A stretch of 64,000 nucleotides of DNA from Candidatus Gottesmanbacteria bacterium (GCA_963714095.1 OY970230.1:895907-959906); one strand, 5' to 3'. Shown: positions 28,866-41,799, counted from the first letter of the stretch. The notes: a model not told the origin generated them from the letters alone. Translations and numbers: made by a program.

Positions 28866-30688
28866 AACTTGGTAAAGCGTTTTCCGATAATGTGTCCGTG
28901 ACTGACAGGACGGCGACACGCATGCCGCGGGTACACGGCGGTAGTTGGTGGCTCGGTGCCGGCCGTGCGCTCATATTTGCAACAATCTTATTTGTTGCAT
29001 TTTTCATTCTTCTGTGGCGGTTATTTGATCTGACGATTATTCAGGGACACGCATTCCGGACGCTCGCGGATAACAACCGGACACGGGAACTTATCATCCA
29101 TGCGCCGCGGGGTATATTGTATGACAGGACGGGAAAACCGCTGGTTGCAAACATTCCGCAATATCGGCTTGTCGGCAATACGACAAAAATAATTTCCAAA
29201 GAAGAAGGAGATCAATTGGCAAAATCCGGACTGCCGCCGGGCACCTTTTTGGAGGTTGACTGGCGCCGGCAATACCTCTACGCCGACAGTCTGAGTCAGG
29301 TAACGGGGTATACAGGGGAACTGACGGACAGCGAGTTAAAGGACGAATATTATCAACTCAGGGAGTATCATGCAGGGGATAAAATCGGCAGAGCCGGAGC
29401 AGAGGCGTATTATGAAGACAAATTGCGCGGTCAGGACGGGAAAGAGCTCGTGGAAGTGGATGCGACAGGCAAAATACTCCGCATTTTAGGCCGCCAGGAA
29501 GCAATTCCCGGTGAAGATATAACTCTTTCGGTGGATGCAGCACTTTCCGAAACCGCGGCCCATGCGTTTCCGCCTGGAGAAAAAGGTGCCATCGTTATTA
29601 CCAAGCCGGAAACCGGAGAGGTACTTGCGCTCTATTCGGCGCCGGCATTTGACGCAAATAAATTTTCAGCGGGAATATCAACAGGTGAATATAATAGTTT
29701 ATTAAATGACCCGGACCGCCCGATGTTTGACAGAGCAATCAGTGGGACGTATCCGCCGGGTTCGACGTTTAAAATAGTTTTGGCAATCGGAGGGCTCCAG
29801 GAAGGATTGGTGAAACCCGACACGATTGTGGATGACAACGGAACCATTGTCCTTGGTCCGTTCACATTTTCAAACTGGTATTTTACCCAATACGGTAAAA
29901 CCGAAGGGCCGGTGGATATTGTGAAAGCCCTACAGCGGAGTAATGATATATTTTTCTACAAAGTCGGTGAAATGCTCGGGATTACAAAGATTGCAAAATG
30001 GGCGCGTATCGTGGGGTTAGGGAAGACATTGGGCATTGAACTGCCCGGAGAAGCGACGGGACTGGTGCCTGACCCGGCCTGGAAAGCGGCGACGTTTAAT
30101 ACGCCGTCTGATTTGGCTGCCCATAATGACGAGTGGTATCTGGGGGACACGTATCACGTAGCCATCGGTCAGGGATATTTGCTTACGACACCGCTTCAGG
30201 TGAACGCGTGGACCAATATTATTGCAGACGGGGGAAAGTTGTGCCGCCCAACCATCGCAAAGGTAACGGGCGGAAACGGCGACTGTAAAAATATTAATCT
30301 TTCGCCGGAGACGGTGAAACTTATTTCAACAGGATTGGAAGAAGCGTGTGCTACAGGCGGCACAGGGTGGCCGCTTTTCAATTTCGGCATCAAGCTTGAC
30401 GCGCGCGGGGTAGCTACATCATCGGGAACATTTACGAGTATTCCCGTTGCCTGCAAAACCGGTACGGCGGAATTCGGTGACCCGAAGGACCGGACGCATG
30501 CGTGGTTTACCACTTTTGCGCCGGTGCCGCCCGATGACGTGGCAGCCCAAGGGAGTACCCCATCAGCCCATTTGCTTACGGGAAATCCTGAACTTTCCAT
30601 TACGGTACTTGTTGAGGGCGCGGGCGAAGGCAGTAATGTCGCAGCTCCGGTTGCAAAAACGATTCTCACAGATTGGTTCAGCCGGTAG
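28862..30688 (+). CDS. mrdA: Penicillin-binding protein 2 (peptidoglycan D,D-transpeptidase).
   Basis: STFK (SxxK), SND (SxN) and KTGTA (KTG) motifs. N-terminal TM anchor. Confidence 0.85.
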   Translation: MKLGKAFSDNVSVTDRTATRMPRVHGGSWWLGAGRALIFATILFVAFFILLWRLFDLTIIQGHAFRTLADNNRTRELIIHAPRGILYDRTGKPLVANIPQYRLVGNTTKIISKEEGDQLAKSGLPPGTFLEVDWRRQYLYADSLSQVTGYTGELTDSELKDEYYQLREYHAGDKIGRAGAEAYYEDKLRGQDGKELVEVDATGKILRILGRQEAIPGEDITLSVDAALSETAAHAFPPGEKGAIVITKPETGEVLALYSAPAFDANKFSAGISTGEYNSLLNDPDRPMFDRAISGTYPPGSTFKIVLAIGGLQEGLVKPDTIVDDNGTIVLGPFTFSNWYFTQYGKTEGPVDIVKALQRSNDIFFYKVGEMLGITKIAKWARIVGLGKTLGIELPGEATGLVPDPAWKAATFNTPSDLAAHNDEWYLGDTYHVAIGQGYLLTTPLQVNAWTNIIADGGKLCRPTIAKVTGGNGDCKNINLSPETVKLISTGLEEACATGGTGWPLFNFGIKLDARGVATSSGTFTSIPVACKTGTAEFGDPKDRTHAWFTTFAPVPPDDVAAQGSTPSAHLLTGNPELSITVLVEGAGEGSNVAAPVAKTILTDWFSR

Positions 30689-30691
30689 CCT

Positions 30692-31345
30692 ATGGAAGAA
30701 AAAGTATCAGTCATTGGGATTAATAACCCCCGCTACCCGAGGCTTTTGAAAGAAATTCCCGATCCGCCTGCCGTATTGTACGTGCGCGGCACCGGCTCCA
30801 AAATAAATCTTGAAAAGACCATTGCGGTTGTCGGTACGAGACACGTGACCGACTACGGGCGCGACATAACAAAAAAGTTAGTGACGGATCTGGTCATCCG
30901 CGGATACACGATAGTTTCCGGGCTGGCATACGGGGTCGACGCAGTCGCCCATCAGGCCGCAATAGATGCCGGAGGGAAAACGATCGCAGTCCTCGGTTGC
31001 GGTATTGACATTATTGCTCCAGCCAGTAACACTGAATTATATTGGCGTATTGTCCGGGGGCATGGAGCAATCGTATCAGAGGTGCCACTGGGCGTGAGAA
31101 CGGATAAGAAAAGATTTGTTACGAGAAACAGAATTATCAGTGGTTTGTCGCTTGGCGTTTTGGTTACGGAAGGGGCAAGGCAAAGCGGGTCGCTCATCAC
31201 CGCCAGGTATGCGGGCGAGCAGGGACGCGAGGTGTTTGCCGTACCGGGTCCGGTAACCAGTAAATACAGCGGCGCCACATCCTTTCTTTTGAAAAACGGC
31301 GCGAAATTGGTAGAATCCGCGGATGATATTATTGAGGAACTATAA
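30692..31345 (+). CDS. dprA: DNA-processing protein DprA/Smf (Rossmann-fold domain only).
   Basis: GLAYGVDAVAHQAAIDAGGKTIAVLGCGID motif. Confidence 0.8.
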   Translation: MEEKVSVIGINNPRYPRLLKEIPDPPAVLYVRGTGSKINLEKTIAVVGTRHVTDYGRDITKKLVTDLVIRGYTIVSGLAYGVDAVAHQAAIDAGGKTIAVLGCGIDIIAPASNTELYWRIVRGHGAIVSEVPLGVRTDKKRFVTRNRIISGLSLGVLVTEGARQSGSLITARYAGEQGREVFAVPGPVTSKYSGATSFLLKNGAKLVESADDIIEEL

Positions 31346-31361
31346 AAAATAACATATTTTT

Positions 31362-33386
31362 ATGAAACTCATCATTGTTGAATCGCCGACAAAGGCACGC
31401 ACATTGACCCGGTATCTTAAAGGGAAATACGATGTCGTAGCAACTATGGGTCATATACGGGATTTGCCGAAATCGGATTTGGGTGTGGACGTGGATCATG
31501 ATTTTTTACCCCGGTACATTATTCCGAGGGATAAGGCAAAACGCGTGAAGGAGTTGAAGGCGATTGCCAAAAATGCTGAGACCATTATTCTTGCTACCGA
31601 TCCTGACCGGGAAGGGGAAGCGATTGCCTGGCATGTGGCATACCTCCTGAGCCAGCCGGAGAAGAAAACAAAAAAAATACCGAATCCGGATAAACCAAAA
31701 GATGCGTCTACTTTTGGCCGTATCGCGTTTCATGAAATTACCGAACACGCAATCAATGCAGCATTGGAAAACCCGCGTTCTATTGATCTCAAACTCGTGG
31801 ATGCCCAACAGGCCCGAAGGATTTTGGATAGGCTGGTGGGATATAAACTGTCACCGCTCCTTTGGCAAAAATTGTCCAAGCGCTGGCTTTCGGCCGGCCG
31901 CGTCCAATCTGTTGCGGTGCGTCTTATTGTCGAACGGGAACGCGAGATTGAGCGGTTTACCAAAAAAGAATTTTGGACGATTGACGGCGTATTTGATCCG
32001 AATATCACCGCACAACTTGTTTCGCGCGACGGAGTAAAGTACGAAGACGTTCTTTCGTTTGATTTATTCGACGGGAAATACACGACGAGTTCATCATCAA
32101 TTACTGATGAAGCGGCGGCTATGCGTATTGTTTCCGATTTGAAGGTCCCGTTTACCGTGAGTGCTGTCGATAAAAAAGAAATCAGACGGTCGCCGTCGGC
32201 GCCGTACACAACAAGTACTCTTCAGCAGGATGCCGGCAGAAAATTGTATTTTTCAGCCAAAAAAACCATGCAGCTTGCGCAAAAATTATATGAGGAAGGG
32301 TATATTACCTACCACCGCACGGATTCGTTGAACCTTTCCGATAAATTTTTAGACGAGTCGCGCGCGTATATAGCTGCAACGTACGGAAAAGATTTTGTAT
32401 CCGACGCGCCCCGCAAATATCACACAAAATCCAAAGTTGCCCAGGAAGCCCACGAGGCGATCAGACCGACAAATGTGACTACCCTTAGCAGTTCGCTTGA
32501 CGGCGACGGCGAACTGAACCGCGACCATCATAGGCTCTATGAACTCGTGTGGAAACGCGCAGTCGCGTCTCAGGCCAGTGAAGCGGTGTTTGATTCAACG
32601 ACCGTCGATATCACAAGCGGGAACGGGTACGTGTTTGAGACTCAGGGTTCTGTCATTAAATTTGAAGGATTTTTAAAAATCATGGGCCGCGATACGGATG
32701 AAGTGATTATTCCCGATGTAAAAGTGGGGCAAATTATTGGATTGAAAAGCGCGACTCCCAGTCAACATTTTACAAATCCGCCGCCTCGATATACGGAAGT
32801 ATCTCTTATCAAAACGCTTGAAGAAAAAGATATAGGACGGCCAAGTACCTACGCGCCGATTATTTCAACGATCCAGGACCGGCAATACGTTGCAAAAGAA
32901 GAAAAAAAATTAGTGCCTACGGAACTCGGCAATTCCGTAACGGATTTTCTGGTCCAGTATTTTCCGGATATTCTTGAGCTTCCGTTTACCGCTAAAATGG
33001 AGCAGGAACTTGACGCAATCGCAAATGGCGAGACTCAATGGGTGCCGGTGATACGGGAATTTTATACGCCGTTTGAAAAAGATTTGGATGCCGCATATGA
33101 GAAGGCCGAAAAAGTGAAAGTCGCCGAGGAAGTCATCGACGAGGCGTGCCCGGAGTGCGGAAATCCTCTGGTTATCCGCATGGGGAGGTTCGGCAAATTT
33201 ATTGCCTGCAGCACATTCCCGTCGTGTAAATACACGCGGCAATTTTCCGAAAAAATTGATATGAAATGTCCGCGGTGTGGCGGTGATATCGTTATCAAAA
33301 AAACAAGACGGGGCAAAACATTCTACGGATGCAGCAATTATCCGACCTGCACCTTCGCCGCGTGGAAAAAGGAAGATATAAAGTGA
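31362..33386 (+). CDS. topA: DNA topoisomerase I.
   Basis: TOPRIM domain (KLIIVESPTKA…), catalytic Tyr region, and C-terminal C4 zinc ribbons. Confidence 0.9.
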   Translation: MKLIIVESPTKARTLTRYLKGKYDVVATMGHIRDLPKSDLGVDVDHDFLPRYIIPRDKAKRVKELKAIAKNAETIILATDPDREGEAIAWHVAYLLSQPEKKTKKIPNPDKPKDASTFGRIAFHEITEHAINAALENPRSIDLKLVDAQQARRILDRLVGYKLSPLLWQKLSKRWLSAGRVQSVAVRLIVEREREIERFTKKEFWTIDGVFDPNITAQLVSRDGVKYEDVLSFDLFDGKYTTSSSSITDEAAAMRIVSDLKVPFTVSAVDKKEIRRSPSAPYTTSTLQQDAGRKLYFSAKKTMQLAQKLYEEGYITYHRTDSLNLSDKFLDESRAYIAATYGKDFVSDAPRKYHTKSKVAQEAHEAIRPTNVTTLSSSLDGDGELNRDHHRLYELVWKRAVASQASEAVFDSTTVDITSGNGYVFETQGSVIKFEGFLKIMGRDTDEVIIPDVKVGQIIGLKSATPSQHFTNPPPRYTEVSLIKTLEEKDIGRPSTYAPIISTIQDRQYVAKEEKKLVPTELGNSVTDFLVQYFPDILELPFTAKMEQELDAIANGETQWVPVIREFYTPFEKDLDAAYEKAEKVKVAEEVIDEACPECGNPLVIRMGRFGKFIACSTFPSCKYTRQFSEKIDMKCPRCGGDIVIKKTRRGKTFYGCSNYPTCTFAAWKKEDIK

Positions 33387-33400
33387 TATACTGAGGGCGT

Positions 33401-33598
33401 ATGGATGATAGACGCCGTACGCTTGCTGCAATTACCCTCATCGTTGGATTTTTAGTTCTTGTCGCGGTTGTCGTCGGAATACTCGTTTCGGCGAAAAAAA
33501 TAGTCTCTCCAGTGCCGGAGGATGACAGTGCCATTAAAATTATTTTTATTACGCCGACGCCGACACAAGTACCGATATCCGTAACGCCCACGCCATAA
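33401..33598 (+). CDS. Small membrane protein with a PTPT tail (hypothetical).
   Basis: Single TM helix. Confidence 0.3.
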   Translation: MDDRRRTLAAITLIVGFLVLVAVVVGILVSAKKIVSPVPEDDSAIKIIFITPTPTQVPISVTPTP

Positions 33599-33601
33599 CG
33601 T

Positions 33602-34186
33602 ATGTATTCACTGCTCATTTCACTCGATCACGGGATTTTTCTTTTTATCAACCATTGGCCGCACACGCCGGTATTCGACGCCGTCGCACTTACGCTGTCG
33701 GGCGTATTAGCATCAACCATTGTTGTCTGGTTACTTTTAAGCGTTTGGATATTTGTCCGTGAGGAAAAACGCGATCGTTGGTTTTTCCTGCCCGTTCTGC
33801 TGGCCTCATTCCTGAGTGTTCTGGTTACGGATATTCTTCTCAAAAATTATTTTGCACGGGCCCGCCCGCCCCTTTCACTGGGCACGATTAATGTCGGTTC
33901 TATGCTGACGGATTATTCGTTTCCGTCCGGTCACGCCACAGTAGCCGCGGCACTAGCCGTTGTACTTGCCGCCAAAGAGCCGCGGGCGAAATGGCTGTTT
34001 TATGGCTTAGCATTTTGTATTTCTCTTTCCCGTATATATCTGGGTGCGCATTACCCGTCGGATGTCGTTGCCGGAACACTGGTTGGTTCGGGAATCGGAT
34101 ACATTTCTCTTTGGGTGGAGCGAAACGTGATAAAATACCCTCATGCTCAAGTTAAACGCCAAAGAACTCAGAACGACCGACGTTGA
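33602..34186 (+). CDS. PAP2-family phosphatase (undecaprenyl-diphosphatase-like).
   Basis: KxxxxxxRP, PSGH and SRxxxxxHxxxD motifs. Confidence 0.75.
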   Translation: MYSLLISLDHGIFLFINHWPHTPVFDAVALTLSGVLASTIVVWLLLSVWIFVREEKRDRWFFLPVLLASFLSVLVTDILLKNYFARARPPLSLGTINVGSMLTDYSFPSGHATVAAALAVVLAAKEPRAKWLFYGLAFCISLSRIYLGAHYPSDVVAGTLVGSGIGYISLWVERNVIKYPHAQVKRQRTQNDRR

Positions 34187-34670
34187 TCCGGAAGTGGCGC
34201 GTTCCATAAAGAAAAATCCCATCACTATAATTCTGGATAATGTGCTGGATACGTATAATGTGGGATCCATTTTCCGTCTTGCGGATGCCGTGGTGGCCCA
34301 AAAAGTCATTTTATGTGGCCAAACTCTCACGCCCCCGAATTCTCGGATTAAAAAAGCATCCATCAATACCACGGGTTGGGTCACGTGGGAATATGAAAAA
34401 AATACTTTTGACGTGGTGAAAAAATTAAAAGAGCAGGGGATTACAATCGTTGCTGTTGAACAGGATCCGCGAAGTACGTTGTTTTATAAAGCATCCTATC
34501 AGTTCCCGCTTGCTATCATTGTCGGCAATGAAACGACGGGCGTTGCAAAAGACGTATTAGATATGGCGGATATGATTGTTGAGATGCCGATGTGGGGAGT
34601 GAATAAAAGTTTAAACGTGATGGTCTCGGCGGGGATTATTTTGTATGAGATTTTAAAACAGCATGAATAA
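34143..34670 (+). CDS. SpoU/TrmH-family RNA 2'-O-methyltransferase.
   Basis: SPOUT-fold motifs (ILDNVLDTYNVGSIFR…IVGNE). Confidence 0.7.
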   Translation: MLKLNAKELRTTDVDPEVARSIKKNPITIILDNVLDTYNVGSIFRLADAVVAQKVILCGQTLTPPNSRIKKASINTTGWVTWEYEKNTFDVVKKLKEQGITIVAVEQDPRSTLFYKASYQFPLAIIVGNETTGVAKDVLDMADMIVEMPMWGVNKSLNVMVSAGIILYEILKQHE

Positions 34671-35337
34671 AACACGGCTTCGTTTTTTAGGGCTGGCAAT
34701 TTTTTTTCTCTTGTCTTTTTATCTTTTTAGCAGAGAAGTAAAACGGGGATTTCTCAAACAAGCCGATTTTAATTTTACCGTTGTACTCCAAAATCATGTT
34801 CCTGCACGTTTTGATTCTATGTGGGACATGATTGCATTACCGGTAACCCCCACGCCGTCCGTGTTTGTGGTAGGGCTATTAACAATCGCCGCATTGGTGG
34901 ACTGGAAGAAAAAGAAAATCCGGTTGCGCGCACTTATCATTCCGCTACTTTTCGGCGCTTTAATTGCGGGGGAGCTGTACGGGAAATCCGTTGTTCACCA
35001 TCCGGCCCCGCCGTTTTTTATGATTAAAAACCCGACGACGATTTTTCCGCAGTTTTATATTAACGAACAATACTCGTATCCGTCGGGTCATACCTCGCGG
35101 GCGGTATTTTTGGGGATTACCTTATTTTCTATTATTGCGGGTCCGGTAGTCAGCTGGATGAAACAACGAAAGAGGCTTGTTATAGCAGGCGGACTGATTG
35201 TTGGCTACGTTGCCGCGGTTGCCGTCGGCCGCATATATCTGGGCAGCCACTGGCTTTCGGATGTCGTCGGGGGAGGATTACTTGGGGTTGGATTAGGAAG
35301 TTTTATTTTTTTCGGCTTCCATTCTCCTGACGGTTAA
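34663..35337 (+). CDS. PAP2-family phosphatase, second copy.
   Basis: PSGH and SRxYxGxHxxSD motifs. Confidence 0.7.
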   Translation: MNKTRLRFLGLAIFFLLSFYLFSREVKRGFLKQADFNFTVVLQNHVPARFDSMWDMIALPVTPTPSVFVVGLLTIAALVDWKKKKIRLRALIIPLLFGALIAGELYGKSVVHHPAPPFFMIKNPTTIFPQFYINEQYSYPSGHTSRAVFLGITLFSIIAGPVVSWMKQRKRLVIAGGLIVGYVAAVAVGRIYLGSHWLSDVVGGGLLGVGLGSFIFFGFHSPDG

Positions 35338-36631
35338 ATCTGCCGTCATATCAATATCTGCTTTTGGCGTAATATGATTGCCGCCGATATTGATCGCAAC
35401 GTGGGTTTTGTCACCGTTATTTGGGAATAACTCTTTCACTCTTTGAATAATCCGGTCAAGCAATAGTTCTTGTTTCTTGTTTTCAAGCATCCACGCCTCG
35501 GAATATGGTTTGAATTTTGACCCTAGTATTTCAGCGCGTTTCGTGTTTATTTGTGCAAGTTTTTCCCAATCTGCATCTCTTAAAGTAATTTTGTTGATTT
35601 CCTTTTTATCTTCAGGTGTTAGAAACCCGTCCGGCGGAACCCCTTTATCATTTTCATACAGTTCTATTCGAATATCTGTATTATGAATTGCTTCGCGGGC
35701 ACCTTGTGTGACGTTTTTATAGACAAGCTCCTGGTCTCTTTTTATAGATGGTGTTGTTGGGAGGAAATGTGGATCCTGGTTTGGCCAAACGCGGTGGAAA
35801 AACGCCATAAATTCATCAACGGGTAGTCGTTGGGCCGCATATTCAAATACCTCAAACCCTATATGCATGCCTCGGATATCTTTCCATTCCGGTTTATTCC
35901 ACGCAGTCTTAATTCGATGACAGAGGTCCTTAAAACTCGTTTGTGTTTTAGTCTCGATAGTTTCATCTGTTCCATTATGTAATTTACCGAATACTCTGAA
36001 ATAAAGATCCCGCAAATAATTTTCTTTCAAATACGGACCCATTGCACTTCCGGCTCCTGCCGCAATTTCAGCGAAACTTTTTCTGTCCATAAGACCGGCC
36101 GGTGCAGTTAGCAGAAGAGACATTATATATCTCGCTCGTCCGGTTGCTTCTGATTCTTTTATATCTTGTGCCACTGCCTCCAATAAGACCGGTGCGCCGG
36201 TAGATAAACCGACAGCAGTAACTCCTTCTTTTAACGTGCCGTCTTTAATTTTTGCCTCAATAGCACGAAGTATTACGAATCCGGAATTATGAAACGTTTC
36301 TGTATTTAACGCACGTTCGGGGGGGGGTAATACTAGATGTCGGAGCATCCGGGTGATCTAAGCCAACAACGGTTTCATAAAAATTTCCCAATCCCTGGAA
36401 CGCCACCGGCCAGTCTTGGCTACGGCTGCCAAAACCGGATACAAAAACGGCCTGGTTGTCTTGCTGATACGGAAATGAAGCTGATTCCTGCCGTTTCCAT
36501 ACTGCTGTTTTTAACTGAACGTGTTGACCTTCAGGTGCTGTAATATTTACCATTTGTTCGGTAAGGGGTACGGGATTTACGCCGAAGTCTTGTCGTTTGA
36601 GAATCGTCGTATTCGGCGGTATTTCAATCAT
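35293..36631 (-). pseudogene. Hypothetical protein gene split into two overlapping frames at a C9 (G9 on the + strand) homopolymer. Candidate phase-variable gene or assembly error.
   Basis: ORFs 36287..36631 and 35293..36348 lie on the same strand and overlap across ggggggggg at ~36319-36327. The tract reads as PP in one frame and PPP in the other. Confidence 0.5.
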
Positions 36632-36856
36632 TGGATGTATTTTACCATGCTCAAATTATACAGTCTATTGACTCACATTTACGTACAGCATATAATGCAT
36701 ACAGCATGAGTGCCTAAGCCGTAAGACCATTGGTAATAGGGAACAACCATCCCGACCACTTGGCCGGGTTTTTTGGCCTCATTTTGGTTCGTTCTTTGAC
36801 ACTCAAATGGTGGTAGGAATTTAAATTAATGTAAGCAGTAATGTCTTACGTTAATT

Positions 36857-38444
<1,588 letters not shown>

Positions 38445-38645
38445 ATTTTAAAATCAATGTCGCCAAAAAAGTAAATTCGCAAGAAGACTGCTTTTGATGC
38501 GCTGTTGATATAGCGTCGCTGAGAGCGACGCAAAATTAAAATCGCTTTTACAGATCCCCGCGATGTAGTGTATACATCAACATGGGTAGCGATGCTCTCA
38601 ACATCTTTCTTACCACCATTTGATTGTCAAGGAGTAATAGCCGAA

Positions 38646-38666
38646 GTCCCCGCAAGGGGATTTTTT
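38646..38666 (+). terminator. Rho-independent terminator downstream of the 16S rRNA.
   Basis: GTCCCCGCAAGGGGA hairpin followed by TTTTTT. Confidence 0.6.
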
Positions 38667-38733
38667 GCGGACGTTTGACTGTCTTCATTCCAGAGATGAT
38701 AATCAATATTTGAAGTTATGAATATTTCAAAAA

Positions 38734-40190
38734 TTGCTTCTTTTCTTGCAACCCTCTCAAAAATATAAGCTGCTTCTTTTAGGCATTGTGCTGTTTCTGT
38801 TTATTGTTCACGTTCCGGAGCTTGCGGCCCCAATGAGAAGCGAATCAGATGCATATGATCGGTCACTGACTGCCCAGTGGATGAGAGATAGTCATGTTAT
38901 ATTCGATTTGCATCCCTTTTCCTGGCTGCCTTTACATTCTACTATTTTGACTACCTCTTTATATTTATATAACAACATTTACTTTACTCCTCGATTCATA
39001 ACCGTCATTTTTAGTCTGTTAACAGTAGTTCTAATGATTCCGTATAGTCAGCTTTTTTTAAAAACAAAAAGGAGGGGATTTATTTTTTTATATGTATGAT
39101 TTTTGCATTACTTCCTATAAATTTTTATTTAGCCACCGTAACGTTAAGTGAGCCGATTTTTTGCTTTTTTCTGATAAGCTCATTGGTTCTTTTGAGTCCG
39201 GAGAGAACTTTTAGATACTACCTTCTGGGTATATTCATGTTTACCATAGCAACAGGTATTCGTTATGAGTCCTGGTTTCTATTACCTTTTATTTGGTGTC
39301 TCATTTTGATAAAAGATTTGCCGGTTTTTAAAAAAATTGTGCTTATTTTGGGGAGTGGTTTATTTATAAATTTTTGGATCTTTTTAAATTCGTTTTACCT
39401 TCATGACCCCTTTTTCTTTTTTTAAAATGTATATAATTCGGGGATAGCCGGTGCAAACCCCGCGTATTTTCGTCTACTGCCATCTTTACAGGGCTGGTAT
39501 GTCAGATTGACAGATATATTTCCAAGTTTGTTACTCTGTTTAGTCGTTATAGGTTTATTCGCGGCATTATATAGGAATCAAAAAAAATATCTCCTCATTC
39601 TTGTTCTCCTTCCTTTTTACCTTTTTTTGATATTAGTATTGCAGGTTTATTTTGGCACATTGCCGTCTGATCTATGCCGGTATCTTGTGACGCCTATTAC
39701 ACTAGTCTTTCCTCTGGTCGGAGTTGGTATATACACGCTTTTTCTATTTTTAAGGCGATTGGATGTGCCTGCCCTGCTTATTAAAATCGGTTTTGCCGTA
39801 TTTTTTTGTTTTCTCTATATTCCGCTTTTTCCGCATACTCAAAAAGTTCTCCAACTGGTTGAAAATTATACCAAATCAACAAATGGAGGATTTATTATCA
39901 GTAAGTGCATTCCTCTCGAAATTTCCCATTTCCGCTTCGGATTCAAAGGAATTTTATATTTTTATCCTTCAGAAAAATCACGTCAATATTTGGATTCCGG
40001 ATTACGGTATTTTTTTCATCCGTCTGACAAAAAATTGTATTCTCAGCCTATTTCACAACTTCGAAGACCGCCTAAATTAAACCCAATTATTGTTTATGAA
40101 AGACCATATAGTTCGAGGGGTGTTCCTTCAGAAACCCGATATTCTCATTATGGAATTCTCTATGAGAATAGCTCCTTTATTGTTTTTTGA
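38734..40190 (+). pseudogene. Disrupted GT-C-type (ArnT/PMT-like) membrane glycosyltransferase gene, split into three ORFs by one frameshift and one in-frame stop.
   Basis: Three consecutive hydrophobic ORFs (121, 109 and 227 aa) sum to about the size of the adjacent intact GT-C gene. AT-rich. Confidence 0.4.
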
Positions 40191-40215
40191 CGTGAAGCTA
40201 GGAATGAGGCTTGTT

Positions 40216-41682
40216 TCATGGAACAGGTAGCGAGTATAGTTTTATACATTCGTGCGGATTCGCTGACTTATCAGCACAGAGAGTTTCAAGGAGTTCTGGT
40301 CGTTGAGCACTTATACATGGGTACTGATCCGGAGTTGTAATATACAGGATAGATTTTGGAATAGTAGATATCGGAATAGCAGATTGTTGGTCTTCGAGTA
40401 CGAATCTCAATTTTGTTGCTTTCAGGCAATCGCAGTCGGACCAAAAAATTTTTGATTTTATTGTAGTATAACCATAAAAAGGGTTTTCAATTTGATCCTG
40501 TACAAACGATTGTGATGTCAAAACTGCATCAGGATATTCATGTTGAATATGGGCAATGACTTGTTGAGTAAAATATATTGAGCGGAAAAACCCGAAAGAT
40601 ATTTCGTTATCATATACGAACGGCGTATAAAAAGTGTTTACTATATTCGAAAAGATAAATCCTACGCAAATTATTGTCACAGCGCATAAGAGAATAGTCC
40701 GATTGGTTATAAAACAAGTAAAGATAGCAGAGAAGAGAATGAAAACGACAGGATAAACTTCCAAGAAATATCGCGGTTGTACAGGGCCAGTCAGCGGAAA
40801 GACGTAGTATCCGATACTTACGAGGACAAGGAAGAACATCACCGGTAATTTTGAACGATAAATAGTACGTTTTGATACGGAAAGAATAACCAGTCCGATG
40901 ACAACGATTCCGATGATAAACCATTCCTGATTTTTGAAGAGACTTTGTTCAAAGTCCCAATGTAAATCTCTTGGATTCAGGCCGGATAGTATATGGTTTA
41001 TATTGAATAACGAAACGTTGTATGGCCAAAGGAACCACCCAAATAGCACCTTGTTGACGCACATCCATGCAAAAAATATACAAATCGGAAACAACAGGAA
41101 AAGGCGCGGTTTCCGTTTAGTGGTACAGAGGTCAAATAATAAAATTGCGACCAGCAGAATAATTCCCGGTTCCTGGGTTAAAACGAGTAGTGATGCGGAT
41201 AGTGTATATGCCCATGGTTTCTTTGCGAAGTAATAATAGAGAGTCATAAGAAACACTGCGGTAAATGGTACAGCGTCGACGAAGAGGAAACTTTGTGTTG
41301 CAAAAAGAGGATACGTAAGAAGCAGCAGGAGCGCGGCAATACCAACTTTTGTTGAAAAAAGCTGTTTTCCGAGAAGATATACATAGAACAGTGCAATTGA
41401 AGAAAATATATATATCTCTATCCGTCCCCAGGCAAGGGATGGACCTATCAGTTTGAATAATAGCGCGGGCAATATATACATTAATTGCGGCTTGTATCCG
41501 TAAAAATAGACAAACGGATTTACATTATTGTGAGATATGATATCGACGCCGGTAAAGTACAGGATTTCATCTTCAAAGGCGGGTATTTTCGCAAACGGAA
41601 TGCGGACAATTATGTTTGTGATACAAAGCAATAAAACAATTATTGTAAATTTATCGTGAGATATTTTTTTCCAAAGATTCAT
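40216..41682 (-). CDS. GT-C-type membrane glycosyltransferase (ArnT/PMT family-like).
   Basis: About 11 TM helices with an N-terminal DE-containing loop, as in GT39/GT83. 488 aa. Confidence 0.5.
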   Translation of the reverse strand: MNLWKKISHDKFTIIVLLLCITNIIVRIPFAKIPAFEDEILYFTGVDIISHNNVNPFVYFYGYKPQLMYILPALLFKLIGPSLAWGRIEIYIFSSIALFYVYLLGKQLFSTKVGIAALLLLLTYPLFATQSFLFVDAVPFTAVFLMTLYYYFAKKPWAYTLSASLLVLTQEPGIILLVAILLFDLCTTKRKPRLFLLFPICIFFAWMCVNKVLFGWFLWPYNVSLFNINHILSGLNPRDLHWDFEQSLFKNQEWFIIGIVVIGLVILSVSKRTIYRSKLPVMFFLVLVSIGYYVFPLTGPVQPRYFLEVYPVVFILFSAIFTCFITNRTILLCAVTIICVGFIFSNIVNTFYTPFVYDNEISFGFFRSIYFTQQVIAHIQHEYPDAVLTSQSFVQDQIENPFYGYTTIKSKIFWSDCDCLKATKLRFVLEDQQSAIPISTIPKSILYITTPDQYPCISAQRPELLETLCADKSANPHECIKLYSLPVP

Positions 41683-41799
41683 ATAGTGTTTTCACTACGC
41701 ATTTTTATCCTCATAACAAAATTATCATACACTAAGTGAATATGATAAAATAGCATCGTAGAGAATGTTGTTTCGGGTTCATTGAATAAGTAAATAGTC

